In this document: piece after piece, positions 1-8,034 of the stretch
Layout of the letters: each line of letters starts with the position of its first letter
Numbering within the stretch: the first letter of the stretch is position 1
DNA from: Candidatus Micrarchaeia archaeon
GTDB taxonomy: Archaea; Micrarchaeota; Micrarchaeia; Burarchaeales; JAVZCV01
Length of the DNA stretch: 12,085 bases
Assembly: GCA_038874215.1 (NCBI GenBank)
Contig: JAVZCV010000015.1
Span: 1 to 12,085 of the forward strand
Direction of reading: 5' to 3'
Translations under genes and position numbers: made by a program
The notes under the pieces: model-generated
Databases searched by the model: none
What the model was told of the DNA's origin: nothing
What the model saw: only the letters and a program-made list of their open reading frames with translations

Positions 1-39
1 CGTCGTTTTGGGCTCTCTTACTTCCTTCTCACCTTCCAT
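1..39 (-). CDS. Possible 5' end of a gene running off the left edge (MEGEKEVREPKTT...)
   Basis: ATG at 39-37 on the minus strand, open to position 1, with purine-rich codons like the other genes here. A TATATA element lies at 62-67, about 23-28 nt upstream. Only 13 codons are visible. Confidence 0.35.
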   Translation of the reverse strand, partial: MEGEKEVREPKTT

Positions 40-107
40 GCGACTATTAGGCTTTTTCGTGTATATATGTGTTTGCCTACAGAGACTTCTACCACATCGA
101 TTCGGTT

Positions 108-120
108 GATAAGTTTAAAA
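108..120 (+). promoter_or_regulatory. Putative BRE/TATA promoter of the nuclease gene (leaderless)
   Basis: GATAAG followed by TTTAAAA (114-120), 24-30 nt upstream of ATG 144. No SD precedes this ATG. Confidence 0.5.
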
Positions 121-143
121 GTGAGCTTACTAAAATATCTTTC

Positions 144-851
144 ATGCGGGGATATGAGGATTTGGTTATAAAATTGAAGGAAATCAAGCAGAAAGGCTAC
201 ATAAAAACTCATCGGGCTGGAAACACGGGGGTAGGAAAGACATTGGAAGACTTGTTGGGCATAACAGAAAATAATATCCCAGGTCCAAATGCCAAGATGA
301 TCGAACTAAAATCTGCAAGAAAAAAAACTAAAAGTATGCTTACACTATTTACAAAATCGCCTCTACCAAAGAAGGCCAACTCTATTTTGCTTCAAAGATA
401 TGGTTATTTCTCAAGAGGAAGTAATAACAAAAAGGAGTTGCATACTACGGTGAACGCTATTGACTATAACACCATAAGAGGAAAAAGTGGGTTCAAAATT
501 AAAATTAAGCATGGCAGAGTAGAACTTGTTTCTAAAACAGGGGAAGTTCTTGGTTATTGGGACAAGGAAACTCTAAAAACTACTTTTGAACGCAAATTGC
601 CAAAACTTCTTTATGTTAAAGCGGATTGCAGAGGAACAGGTAGGAATGAAGAGTTTCATTTTAACGAGGTGTGGTTGCTAAGTGGCTTTGATTTTGATAA
701 CTTCCTAAAACTTTTGAAAGAAGGCAAAATATTGGTGGATATAAGAATTGGCCAGTATCCGGATGGGAGAGTACACGACCATGGAACGGCTTTTAGGGTG
801 TTACCCGATAAGTTAGATCTTTGTTTTTCACATAGAGAAAGGATAGTGTGA
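144..851 (+). CDS. MvaI/BcnI-family (PD-(D/E)xK, MutH-like) restriction endonuclease homolog, 235 aa
   Basis: Family motifs GNTGVGKTLEDLLGITENN, ELKS, LTLFTKSP and DHGTAFR, next to an N4-C-type methyltransferase. The ORF track starts at GTG 69. ATG 144 is preferred because of the TATA spacing and typical family length. Confidence 0.85.
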   Translation: MRGYEDLVIKLKEIKQKGYIKTHRAGNTGVGKTLEDLLGITENNIPGPNAKMIELKSARKKTKSMLTLFTKSPLPKKANSILLQRYGYFSRGSNNKKELHTTVNAIDYNTIRGKSGFKIKIKHGRVELVSKTGEVLGYWDKETLKTTFERKLPKLLYVKADCRGTGRNEEFHFNEVWLLSGFDFDNFLKLLKEGKILVDIRIGQYPDGRVHDHGTAFRVLPDKLDLCFSHRERIV

Positions 852-1718
852 TTATCCCGGTCTCCAAAAATCAAGTAGGTATTCAAACGTTGCGCCAAGT
901 GTTATATAATTGCCAGGATAACCAAAAATACCAACCTTATTAACAAGGTTTCGTTTATCCCAGATAAGAATGTTTCTTAATTCAAACCCTGCTTTTTTAA
1001 GCGCTTCTATAACATAAATGTGTGTCAGATAGCGTTGGTTTTCCCACCAAACATCGTTTACATTAATTATACAGTGGGCTTTTGGTTTCATCAGCGGTAA
1101 AATTCCCTTAAATATTTCTATTAGGGCATCACTATATTTTTCATGGCTCATAGTTCCCAAATCTCTTGGGTCATTTGAGTATTGTTGAATTTGTTTATAG
1201 TAATTATTTTTTCTTAAATCACTTCGTAGACTTTTATTAAGGCGGGGTCTGTTTAACATATGGGCATAGGGAGGCGAGGTAATGCAAAGAGCAACAGTTT
1301 CCTTATCTAAATATTCGGGTATATATAGGGCATCATCACATATAGCAATTTGCTGGGATTGGTTTAATCTTTTTTGTTCTAACCTCTTTTTTGCAAAGGT
1401 AATATACTCCTCTTTTAAGTCAAAGCCGACCGCATTTCTATCTAAATCTTGTGCGGCGACTAGTGTGGTTCCAATTCCAACGAAAGGGTCTAAAACAAGC
1501 TCCCCTTTATGTGTAAAAAGTTTAATACATTTCGCAGGTAAGGCTATTGGAAAAACGGCTGGATGAATTGTTTTATCTCTAATGTCTCTTTTTTCATAGG
1601 AAAACTCCCAGATAGCCACCTGCGCTTTTATCCACTCTTTCGCACTCAAACAGCTAATACGATTTGGTTTACAATCACAAGTTTTCTTATACGGTATATC
1701 CAACTTCTTTCTTTCCAT
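852..1718 (-). CDS. Amino (probably N4-cytosine) DNA methyltransferase, N6_N4_Mtase family, 288 aa
   Basis: HPAVFP, SAM-binding motif I VLDPFVGIGTT, catalytic motif IV CITSPPY (SPPY is typical of m4C enzymes) and GFELRNILIWDK. ATG 1718 is preferred over TTG 1757 because the latter lies inside the upstream small ORF. Confidence 0.9.
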   Translation of the reverse strand: MERKKLDIPYKKTCDCKPNRISCLSAKEWIKAQVAIWEFSYEKRDIRDKTIHPAVFPIALPAKCIKLFTHKGELVLDPFVGIGTTLVAAQDLDRNAVGFDLKEEYITFAKKRLEQKRLNQSQQIAICDDALYIPEYLDKETVALCITSPPYAHMLNRPRLNKSLRSDLRKNNYYKQIQQYSNDPRDLGTMSHEKYSDALIEIFKGILPLMKPKAHCIINVNDVWWENQRYLTHIYVIEALKKAGFELRNILIWDKRNLVNKVGIFGYPGNYITLGATFEYLLDFWRPG

Positions 1719-1720
1719 AT

Positions 1721-1873
1721 CTATACCCTGTTTTTGTTTCGCTTCGGCCTGTCCCAATAAGGTGATTTACACTTTGGGCAAACCTTTGGTTCTCCTTGCG
1801 AATTGACTCTTGGCAACCATTCATGCTTGCAACGCTCACAACGATAGCCCATCAGTTTAACTTTCTTACCCAT
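1721..1873 (-). CDS. Small zinc-ribbon protein, 50 aa (MGKKVKLMGYRCERCKHEWLPRVNSQGEPKVCPKCKSPYWDRPKRNKNRV)
   Basis: Manual translation from ATG 1873 to TAG 1721. It has CERC...CPKC four-Cys motifs and a basic tail. The stop lies 2 nt before the MTase ATG, and a TATA box sits 27-33 nt upstream. It is below the ORF-track size cutoff. Confidence 0.8.
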   Translation of the reverse strand: MGKKVKLMGYRCERCKHEWLPRVNSQGEPKVCPKCKSPYWDRPKRNKNRV

Positions 1874-1906
1874 ATACTATTAGTATTATACTAGAAGGGT
1901 TATAAA
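1874..1906 (-). promoter_or_regulatory. TATA box plus a triple alternating hexamer operator-like site upstream of the zinc-ribbon/MTase unit
   Basis: Minus-strand TTTATAA at 1906-1900. Between the TATA and the ATG the + strand reads ATACTA-T-TAGTAT-T-ATACTA (1874-1893), which is two overlapping 13-bp palindromes. Confidence 0.55.
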
Positions 1907-1942
1907 CCTATACTCAAAGTAGCATTATAACACTAGGTGTAT

Positions 1943-1957
1943 ATTTAAAAAATAAAA
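1943..1957 (-). terminator. Possible oligo-T archaeal terminator after cdc48
   Basis: The minus strand reads TTTTATTTTTTAAAT about 30-45 nt after the cdc48 stop codon. Confidence 0.3.
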
Positions 1958-1986
1958 CACTTAAACTATGGATACTACAGAACGGT

Positions 1987-4131
1987 TTACAAGTAGTGCG
2001 ATGTGTATTGCTTTTTCTTCTTGTCCCATTCCTCTATGATGCTGGCGTCAAGCGAGGGCTTTATCTTCTCAAGCGCTTGCTTGAAATGCCTCATCGCAAC
2101 TACCTGTGCGTTTTTGTCCTCCCTTATCGCAAACATTCCCGCCTCTCTGCAAAGCGCGGCTATGTCTGCGCCAGTGAATCCGTGCGTTTTATCTACAAGA
2201 AAATTGAAATCAACATCGCTTGCAAGCGGCATTTTTTTCGTATGCACTTTCAATATTTCCTCTCTTGACTTCTTGTCGGGCATCGGTACGTACAGCACTT
2301 TCTCAAACCTGCCAGGGCGGATTAGCGCTGGGTCTATTAAGTCTGGTCTGTTCGTAGCTCCTATTACAACAACTTCATGAAGCTCCTCCAATCCATCCAT
2401 CTCAACGAGAAGCTGGTCAACGACGCGCTCTGTAACCTTGCTCCCCACATCCTCTCCCCTTCTTCCTGCTATTGAATCAAGCTCGTCAAAGAATATAACG
2501 CAAGGGGCAACCTGCTTCGCCCTCTTGAAAGTCTCCCTTATAGCCTTTTCGCTCTCGCCGACCCACTTTGAGAGAACGATTGGTCCCTTCACTGATATGA
2601 AGTTTGCCTGCGATTCTGTTGCAACTGCCTTTGCGAGGAGCGTTTTGCCGCAACCAGGCGGGCCTGTAAGAAGCAGCCCTTTCGGTGCTGCTATCCCAAG
2701 CCGCTTATAAGTTTCAGGGTATTTTATGGGCCACTCAACAGCCTCTATGAGCTCGCTCTTGACATCTTCAAGCCCGCCGATATCGCTCCAGTGAACGTTC
2801 GGCTTCTCAACCATAACCTCTCGCATTGCAGATGGCTCAACTGTTTTAAGCGCAGCCATGAAGTCATCCTGCGTTATAACGAGGCTGTCAAGAATTTCTT
2901 TTGAGAGTTTTCCTTCCCCAAGTTTCTTTATTTCTGGTATCACTCTTCGCAGCGCCTTCATTGCCGCTTCTCTGCAAAGCGCGGCTATGTCTGCGCCAGT
3001 GAATCCGTGCGTCCGCTCAACAAGCTTGTCAATATCAACATCCTTAAGCGGCATTCCCCTCGTGTGTATCTCAAATATCTCTTTTCTCCCCTTTGCATCT
3101 GGCACTCGTATCTCTATCTCTCTGTCAAACCTTCCTGGCCTGCGTAGGGCGGGGTCTATGCTATTCGGCCTGTTCGTTGCCGCGAGCACCACAACGTCTC
3201 CCCTTGCCTCAAGCCCATCCATAAGGGTAAGCAACTGCGAGACTACGCGGCGCTCAACCTCGCCCGTAACCTCCTCCCTCTTCGGAGCTATCGCGTCTAT
3301 CTCGTCTATGAAAATTATGGAGGGCGCTTTTTCTTTTGCCTCCTCAAATATCTTGCGCAGGTTTTCCTCTGACTGGCCGTACCACTTGCTCATTATCTCA
3401 GGGCCGTTGAGGGCTATGAAGTGTGAATCCGTTTCTGATGCAACTGCCTTTGCGAGGAGCGTTTTGCCGCAACCAGGCGGGCCGTGGAGAAGAACGCCTT
3501 TCGGCGGGGTTATTCCTAGCTTCTTGAACACCTCTGGGTGCTTCATAGGTATCTCAACCATTTCCCTAATCGCCTCAATCTCGTCCTTCAGCCCGCCTAT
3601 ATCTTCGTAGCGCACCCCAATTATCGCCTCCTGCTTTGCAGGCTTCGTTGAGATGTCTATTTTCGTATTTGGAGTAACCTGGACTATGCCGCGCGGTGTT
3701 GAGCTTACAACATAGAATGAGAGACCGCGCCCCATGACTTCAAGAACTATGCTGTTGCCAACTGTAAGCGGCATGTTCATTATCTTCTCGTGAAAGTATT
3801 CAACAAAATCTGGATGAAACGTAATCTCCTGCGTTGGCGCAAGCCTTATCTCCTTCGCCTCCTTGCAGTCTGCTTTTCGCACATAAACGAAATCGTCAAC
3901 GCTCGCGCCAGCGTTGTGCCTGAGTATCCCGTCAAGCCTTATTATTCCTTGCTCTGAATCGTGCGCACGCCATACGAGTGCCGCCGCCTTCTTTTTTCCC
4001 TCTATCTCAACAACATCTCCGCTCTCTATGCCGAGCTTCGCCATCTCCTGCACACCGAGGCGGGCTATGCCCCTGCCCACATCGGTGTGCAGGGCTTCCT
4101 TAACTTTAAGCCTAAGCTCTTTTTCTGCCAT
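1987..4131 (-). CDS. cdc48: Cdc48/VAT/p97-family AAA+ ATPase, 714 aa
   Basis: N-domain ([21 protein letters not shown]) and two AAA modules with Walker A GPPGCGKT twice, Walker B IIFIDEID and VIFFDELD, and SRH ATNRP..IDPAL.RPGRF twice. The C-terminus ...SHYL has a penultimate Tyr (HbYX-like). Confidence 0.97.
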   Translation of the reverse strand: MAEKELRLKVKEALHTDVGRGIARLGVQEMAKLGIESGDVVEIEGKKKAAALVWRAHDSEQGIIRLDGILRHNAGASVDDFVYVRKADCKEAKEIRLAPTQEITFHPDFVEYFHEKIMNMPLTVGNSIVLEVMGRGLSFYVVSSTPRGIVQVTPNTKIDISTKPAKQEAIIGVRYEDIGGLKDEIEAIREMVEIPMKHPEVFKKLGITPPKGVLLHGPPGCGKTLLAKAVASETDSHFIALNGPEIMSKWYGQSEENLRKIFEEAKEKAPSIIFIDEIDAIAPKREEVTGEVERRVVSQLLTLMDGLEARGDVVVLAATNRPNSIDPALRRPGRFDREIEIRVPDAKGRKEIFEIHTRGMPLKDVDIDKLVERTHGFTGADIAALCREAAMKALRRVIPEIKKLGEGKLSKEILDSLVITQDDFMAALKTVEPSAMREVMVEKPNVHWSDIGGLEDVKSELIEAVEWPIKYPETYKRLGIAAPKGLLLTGPPGCGKTLLAKAVATESQANFISVKGPIVLSKWVGESEKAIRETFKRAKQVAPCVIFFDELDSIAGRRGEDVGSKVTERVVDQLLVEMDGLEELHEVVVIGATNRPDLIDPALIRPGRFEKVLYVPMPDKKSREEILKVHTKKMPLASDVDFNFLVDKTHGFTGADIAALCREAGMFAIREDKNAQVVAMRHFKQALEKIKPSLDASIIEEWDKKKKQYTSHYL
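2144..3012. repeat. Perfect 44-nt direct repeat in cdc48 (2144-2187 = 2969-3012)
   Basis: tctctgcaaagcgcggctatgtctgcgccagtgaatccgtgcgt occurs twice and lies in the [15 protein letters not shown] coding segment of both D2 and D1. Confidence 0.9.
2620..3483. repeat. Perfect 45-nt direct repeat in cdc48 (2620-2664 = 3439-3483)
   Basis: tgcaactgcctttgcgaggagcgttttgccgcaaccaggcgggcc occurs twice and encodes [15 protein letters not shown] (Walker A) in D2 and D1. Confidence 0.9.
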
Positions 4132-4144
4132 GCAAACACTTCTC

Positions 4145-4588
4145 TCACTCTATTTTTATTTCTGTCCCCTTCTCTTGCTTCGCCTTTTTCATAGTTATCT
4201 CAAGAACTCCGTCGGAGTATTTCGCTTTCACGTTGCGCTGGTCTATTTCTGCTGGAAGCGGAATCAGCCTGTAAAAGCCAGCATAGCTTCTCTCCTTATA
4301 GTAGTGCCCACCTTTGCTCTCCTCCCTCTCTTCTTTTCTCTCCGCCTTAACTTCAAGCCTGTCTCCCTGTACGCTTACATGTATGTCCTCTTTCCTTACC
4401 CCCGGCATCTCAATCTTCGCAACTATCGCATCCCCCGTATCAGCCAAATCAAGAACTGGCTCTCTGAATGCCGCAAGCCTCCTTGAAGGCATTCGGTATT
4501 CGGGGTTCAGAAAATCCTCAAAAATTCCATCAATAATCTCGCGCATCCTTCTCATATCCCTGTATGGGTCCCATCTTTCGGGCAGCAT
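4145..4588 (-). CDS. hsp20: Small heat-shock protein Hsp20 (alpha-crystallin domain), 147 aa
   Basis: [36 protein letters not shown] and a C-terminal IKI motif. A strong SD GGAGGTGA lies at 4600-4593. The gap to the cdc48 start is 13 nt, so the two are probably co-transcribed. Confidence 0.95.
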   Translation of the reverse strand: MLPERWDPYRDMRRMREIIDGIFEDFLNPEYRMPSRRLAAFREPVLDLADTGDAIVAKIEMPGVRKEDIHVSVQGDRLEVKAERKEEREESKGGHYYKERSYAGFYRLIPLPAEIDQRNVKAKYSDGVLEITMKKAKQEKGTEIKIE

Positions 4589-4614
4589 TTTATCACCTCC
4601 TTATTGTTTTTGTT

Positions 4615-4685
4615 AATAAAATTTTATTTTTGATTAATAATATGTTGAAAAAATATTTAAATCTTTCGCTCAATAATATTATATC
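4615..4685. promoter_or_regulatory. Divergent promoter with a shared palindromic TATA and flanking inverted repeats
   Basis: ATTTAAAT (4655-4662) has purine-rich BRE-like runs on both strands (+ GAAAAAA, - CGAAAG). The arms ATAATATGTTGA (4637-4648) and TCAATAATATTAT (4670-4682) are imperfect inverted repeats. A further palindrome AATAAAATTTTATT lies at 4615-4628. Confidence 0.65.
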
Positions 4686-5147
4686 ATGAGAACTGAAAAA
4701 AGGTGGAAAACAGAGAATAGAGAGATAATAGTGAGGGATTTTGACGCCCCTGCACGGAGAGATTTAGAGGATGAGATAGAGTGGCTCCTGAGCTCGCTTG
4801 GGTTTGAAGGAGAGGAGGAGGGGAATGAAGTGCCTCGGGGGATATTCAGGTGCCTTCTTGAAGCATCTTATAAGGGAATGGGAGTAAGCAGCATAGAGCT
4901 TTGCAAGGAGAGTAAGGTTACGAGGGGGGCAGTCGTCTATCATCTTAACAGGTTTATAAAGAGGGGCGTCGTTGTGAGGAGAGGAAGGGAGTATTACCTC
5001 AGGAGGCTAACGCTCAGGGACACGCTTGAAGAGATAGAGGAGGACATACTAAGGATGATGAGAAGAATGATAAAGGTAGCTGATGAGATAGATAGAATGA
5101 AAATGGGAGGTGGTAGATATGGTGATAAAGAAGAGGAAAGTGTTTGA
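4686..5147 (+). CDS. Winged helix-turn-helix transcriptional regulator (ArsR-like), first gene of the hsp20-grpE-dnaK-dnaJ unit, 153 aa
   Basis: HTH SSIELCKESKVTRGAVVYHLNRFIKRGVV, wing RRGREYYL and a C-terminal amphipathic or coiled-coil helix. The ATG is 24 nt downstream of the TATA. Confidence 0.85.
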   Translation: MRTEKRWKTENREIIVRDFDAPARRDLEDEIEWLLSSLGFEGEEEGNEVPRGIFRCLLEASYKGMGVSSIELCKESKVTRGAVVYHLNRFIKRGVVVRRGREYYLRRLTLRDTLEEIEEDILRMMRRMIKVADEIDRMKMGGGRYGDKEEESV

Positions 5148-5634
5148 TGATGATTTTGATGATTTTGAGAGGAGGATTCGCGAAGACATGGAGAGGTTCC
5201 TTGAGGGTATATTCAGTAGGGAGTTTTCAGAGCTATCAGACGAGAAGCCAATAGTCTATGGGTTCTCAATGAGAATTGACAGCGAGGGAAAGCCAACAGT
5301 CCATGAGTTCGGCAACTTCAATCCGAGATTCAAGACGATAAGCGAAGAGCGGGAGCCTCTCGTAGATGTGATTGAGGACAAGGATATGGTAACGGTTATA
5401 GCAGAGGTGCCTGGCGTATCAAAGGAGGATATAAACCTGAGGGCTACTGAGGATACGCTCTCCATAAAAGTGGATACTGCTGAGAGAAAATACTCAAAAA
5501 CTGTTTCCCTTCCGTGCAGGATAAAGCCAGCGAGTGCGAAGGCAACATACAAAAACGGAGTTCTTGAAGTGAAGCTTGAGAGGCAGGAGCCAAAGGAGAG
5601 CAGTAGCGAGGGTGAGAGGATAGAGATAGAGTGA
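5119..5634 (+). CDS. hsp20: Archaeal-type small heat-shock protein Hsp20, 171 aa
   Basis: PIVYGFSMRI..EGKP, EREPLVDVIE, AEVPGVSKEDI, ATYKNGVLEV and a C-terminal IEI. SD GGAGGTG at 5106-5112 supports ATG 5119 over the track start at 5110. It overlaps the 3' end of the regulator by 29 nt. Confidence 0.95.
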   Translation: MVIKKRKVFDDDFDDFERRIREDMERFLEGIFSREFSELSDEKPIVYGFSMRIDSEGKPTVHEFGNFNPRFKTISEEREPLVDVIEDKDMVTVIAEVPGVSKEDINLRATEDTLSIKVDTAERKYSKTVSLPCRIKPASAKATYKNGVLEVKLERQEPKESSSEGERIEIE

Positions 5635-6149
5635 GCAACACGCAGAGTGAAGCGGGGAGCGGCATGTCAAAAAAAATAAAGGAGTATGAAGAGAGGTTGA
5701 AAAATCTTGAGGAGGAAGTTAAGGCGCAGAAGAAAGAGATAGAAGAATATGTGGACCATTTGAAGAGAATTCAGGCCGAGTTTGATAATTACAGGAAGAG
5801 GGTTGAGAAAGGGAATGAGCAGGCAAAGATTGATGGTAAGGCTGAAATCGTTTCAGACCTTCTTCCACTCATAGATGAGTTTGAGATAGCGCTCACTAAT
5901 ACGAACGACGGCGGTTTGAGGATGCTTTATGACAAGCTCATGGCAACGCTTAGAGGGCATGGGTTGAGAGTGATAGAGGCTGAGGAGTTTGACCCGAGAT
6001 TTCATGAGGTTGCAATGAAAGAAAAAAGCGACCTTCCAGAAGGGAAGATAGTGCGCATTTTGAGAAAGGGATACGAGTTCATGGGGAGGACGATAAGGCC
6101 ATGCTCAGTAGTCGTTTCATCTGGAACGGGTGAGGAGGTGGTTTCATGA
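5631..6149 (+). CDS. grpE: Nucleotide exchange factor GrpE
   Basis: [34 protein letters not shown] and [17 protein letters not shown] overlap with hsp20 (alternative start ATG 5664). It lies directly upstream of dnaK. Confidence 0.95.
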   Translation: MSNTQSEAGSGMSKKIKEYEERLKNLEEEVKAQKKEIEEYVDHLKRIQAEFDNYRKRVEKGNEQAKIDGKAEIVSDLLPLIDEFEIALTNTNDGGLRMLYDKLMATLRGHGLRVIEAEEFDPRFHEVAMKEKSDLPEGKIVRILRKGYEFMGRTIRPCSVVVSSGTGEEVVS

Positions 6150-7999
6150 AGATTATAGGGATAGACCTTGGAACTTCAAACTCTGCCGCGGCTGTTCTTG
6201 AAGGAGGAAGGCCTGTCTTGATACCGAGCGCTGAGGGAACGACGCTTGGGGGGAAGGCTTTCCCTTCTGTTGTGGCATTTACAAAGGATGGGCAGAGGCT
6301 TGTGGGTGAACCTGCCCGAAGGCAGGCGGTTATGAACCCAGAGGGAACGATAACGGGTGCAAAGAGAAAGATGGGCACTGACTATAAATATCGGGTTTTC
6401 GGCAAGGAATACACGCCACAGGAGATATCCGCTTTCATACTTCAGAAGATAAAGGAGGATGCGAGCGCTTTTCTCGGTGAAGAGGTTAAGAAGGCAGTTA
6501 TAACCGTGCCGGCCTATTTCAACGACAACCAGAGGCAGGCGACGAAGGATGCGGGCGAGATAGCGGGGCTTGAGGTTGTTAGGATAATAAACGAGCCCAC
6601 AGCAGCAGCACTCGCATATGGGCTTGATAAGGGAGATGAGGAGAAGAGAATACTCGTTTTTGACCTTGGGGGAGGAACGCTTGACGTCACGATAATGGAG
6701 TATGGGAACAGGGTTTTTGAGGTAAAGGCGACGAGCGGGGATACGCAGCTCGGCGGAAGGGATATGGATGATGCGCTTGTCTCGTATTTGCTGAAAGAGT
6801 TTGAGAATGAGAATGGGTTTAGGCTTGAGGATAAGACGGCGCTGGCAAGGCTCAGGGAGGCTGCCGAGAAGGCGAAGATAGAGCTCTCAACAGCGCTCAC
6901 AACAGAGGTAAACCTTCCGTATCTCGCATCTGGCGACAAGGGACCCATACATTTCAGGAGAGAGCTGACTAGGGCGAAGCTTGAGGAAATAGTCGCACCA
7001 ATAATTGAAAGGTGCAGGGGACCGCTCATGCGTGCTCTTGAAGATGCGAAGATGAAGCCGAGCGATATAAACCACATAATTCTCGTGGGAGGGCCAACGA
7101 GAATGCCCATAGTGCAGAAATTCATAGAGAGGGAGATAGGAAAGAAGCCAGAAAGGGGAGTTGACCCAATGGAGTGCGTTGCTTTTGGTGCGGCGATACA
7201 GGGAGGAGTTCTTGCTGGCGAGGTAAAGGATATACTTCTTCTTGACGTTACTCCGCTTTCGCTTGGGGTTGAGACGCTCGGGGGAGTTTTCACTAAGATA
7301 ATAGAGAGAAACACAACAATACCGACGAAAGCTTCAAAGATATTCACGACTGCGGCTGATTTCCAGACGAGCGTTGACATACACGTGCTCCAAGGAGAGA
7401 GGGCGATGGCTGCCGACAATGTAAGCCTTGGGAGATTCATCCTCATGGGGATACCGCCAGCGCCCCGTGGAGTGCCGCAGATAGAGGTTGAGTTTGATAT
7501 AGATGCGAACGGAATACTGCACGTATCGGCAAAAGATTTGGCAACTGGAAAAGAGCAGAAGATAAGGATAACTGCGCCGCTTAAAATGTCAAAAGATGAG
7601 ATAGAGAAAAAGATGAAAGAAGCCGAGAAGTTTGCGGAGGAGGACAGAAGGAGGAGAGAGGAGGCAGAGCTGAGAAACGAAGCAGAGGCGCTCGTTTATA
7701 CCGCTGAGAAAACGCTCGCTGAGGTTGGGGACAAGCTCCCAGAAGAAAACAGGGAGAAGATAAAGAGCGCAATGAAGGATGTCAAGGAAGCGCTCGGTGA
7801 AAAGGATGTTGGAAGGCTTAGGAGGAGCGCTGATAGCCTGAAGAACGTTTTGCAGCAAGCGGGCACAGTTATATACCAGCAGGCTGCTGGAATGGGAAGC
7901 AAAAAGAGGGAAACCGAAGAAGAAACGCGCGATGAGAAGGTTGTTGATGCAGACTACGAGGTAGTTGACGGGAAGAATAAGGAGAAGGAAAAGAGATAG
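6146..7999 (+). CDS. dnaK: Hsp70 chaperone DnaK, 617 aa
   Basis: [52 protein letters not shown] and [15 protein letters not shown] overlap with grpE and SD GAGGAGGTGG. Confidence 0.99.
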   Translation: MKIIGIDLGTSNSAAAVLEGGRPVLIPSAEGTTLGGKAFPSVVAFTKDGQRLVGEPARRQAVMNPEGTITGAKRKMGTDYKYRVFGKEYTPQEISAFILQKIKEDASAFLGEEVKKAVITVPAYFNDNQRQATKDAGEIAGLEVVRIINEPTAAALAYGLDKGDEEKRILVFDLGGGTLDVTIMEYGNRVFEVKATSGDTQLGGRDMDDALVSYLLKEFENENGFRLEDKTALARLREAAEKAKIELSTALTTEVNLPYLASGDKGPIHFRRELTRAKLEEIVAPIIERCRGPLMRALEDAKMKPSDINHIILVGGPTRMPIVQKFIEREIGKKPERGVDPMECVAFGAAIQGGVLAGEVKDILLLDVTPLSLGVETLGGVFTKIIERNTTIPTKASKIFTTAADFQTSVDIHVLQGERAMAADNVSLGRFILMGIPPAPRGVPQIEVEFDIDANGILHVSAKDLATGKEQKIRITAPLKMSKDEIEKKMKEAEKFAEEDRRRREEAELRNEAEALVYTAEKTLAEVGDKLPEENREKIKSAMKDVKEALGEKDVGRLRRSADSLKNVLQQAGTVIYQQAAGMGSKKRETEEETRDEKVVDADYEVVDGKNKEKEKR

Positions 8000-8034
8000 T
8001 CGTCGTTGATTGAGGCGAGCTTTGGCGTGGTTCT

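Noticed and set aside
69-143. Longer nuclease N-terminus from GTG 69
   Set aside because: This stretch contains the probable TATA box, and family similarity begins after ATG 144.
1719-1757. TTG 1757 start for the methyltransferase
   Set aside because: It overlaps the zinc-ribbon ORF in another frame. ATG 1718 follows that ORF's stop by 2 nt.
1926-1944. Imperfect palindrome TATAACACTAGGTGTATAT
   Set aside because: Short, imperfect and in AT-rich DNA, so compatible with chance.
2144-3483. cdc48 repeats as a CRISPR array or mobile-element ends
   Set aside because: There are only two copies of each, in frame within homologous AAA motifs, with no spacers, cas genes or transposase.
1996-4616. 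Plus-strand ORFs opposite cdc48 and hsp20 (for example 2858-3610 and 3914-4486)
   Set aside because: Ser/Ile/Phe-rich antisense shadows of well-supported genes, with no recognisable motifs.
4589-4685. CIRCE, HAIR or HSR1 (CTAAC-N5-GTTAG) operator upstream of the dnaK operon
   Set aside because: No match to these consensus sequences was seen.
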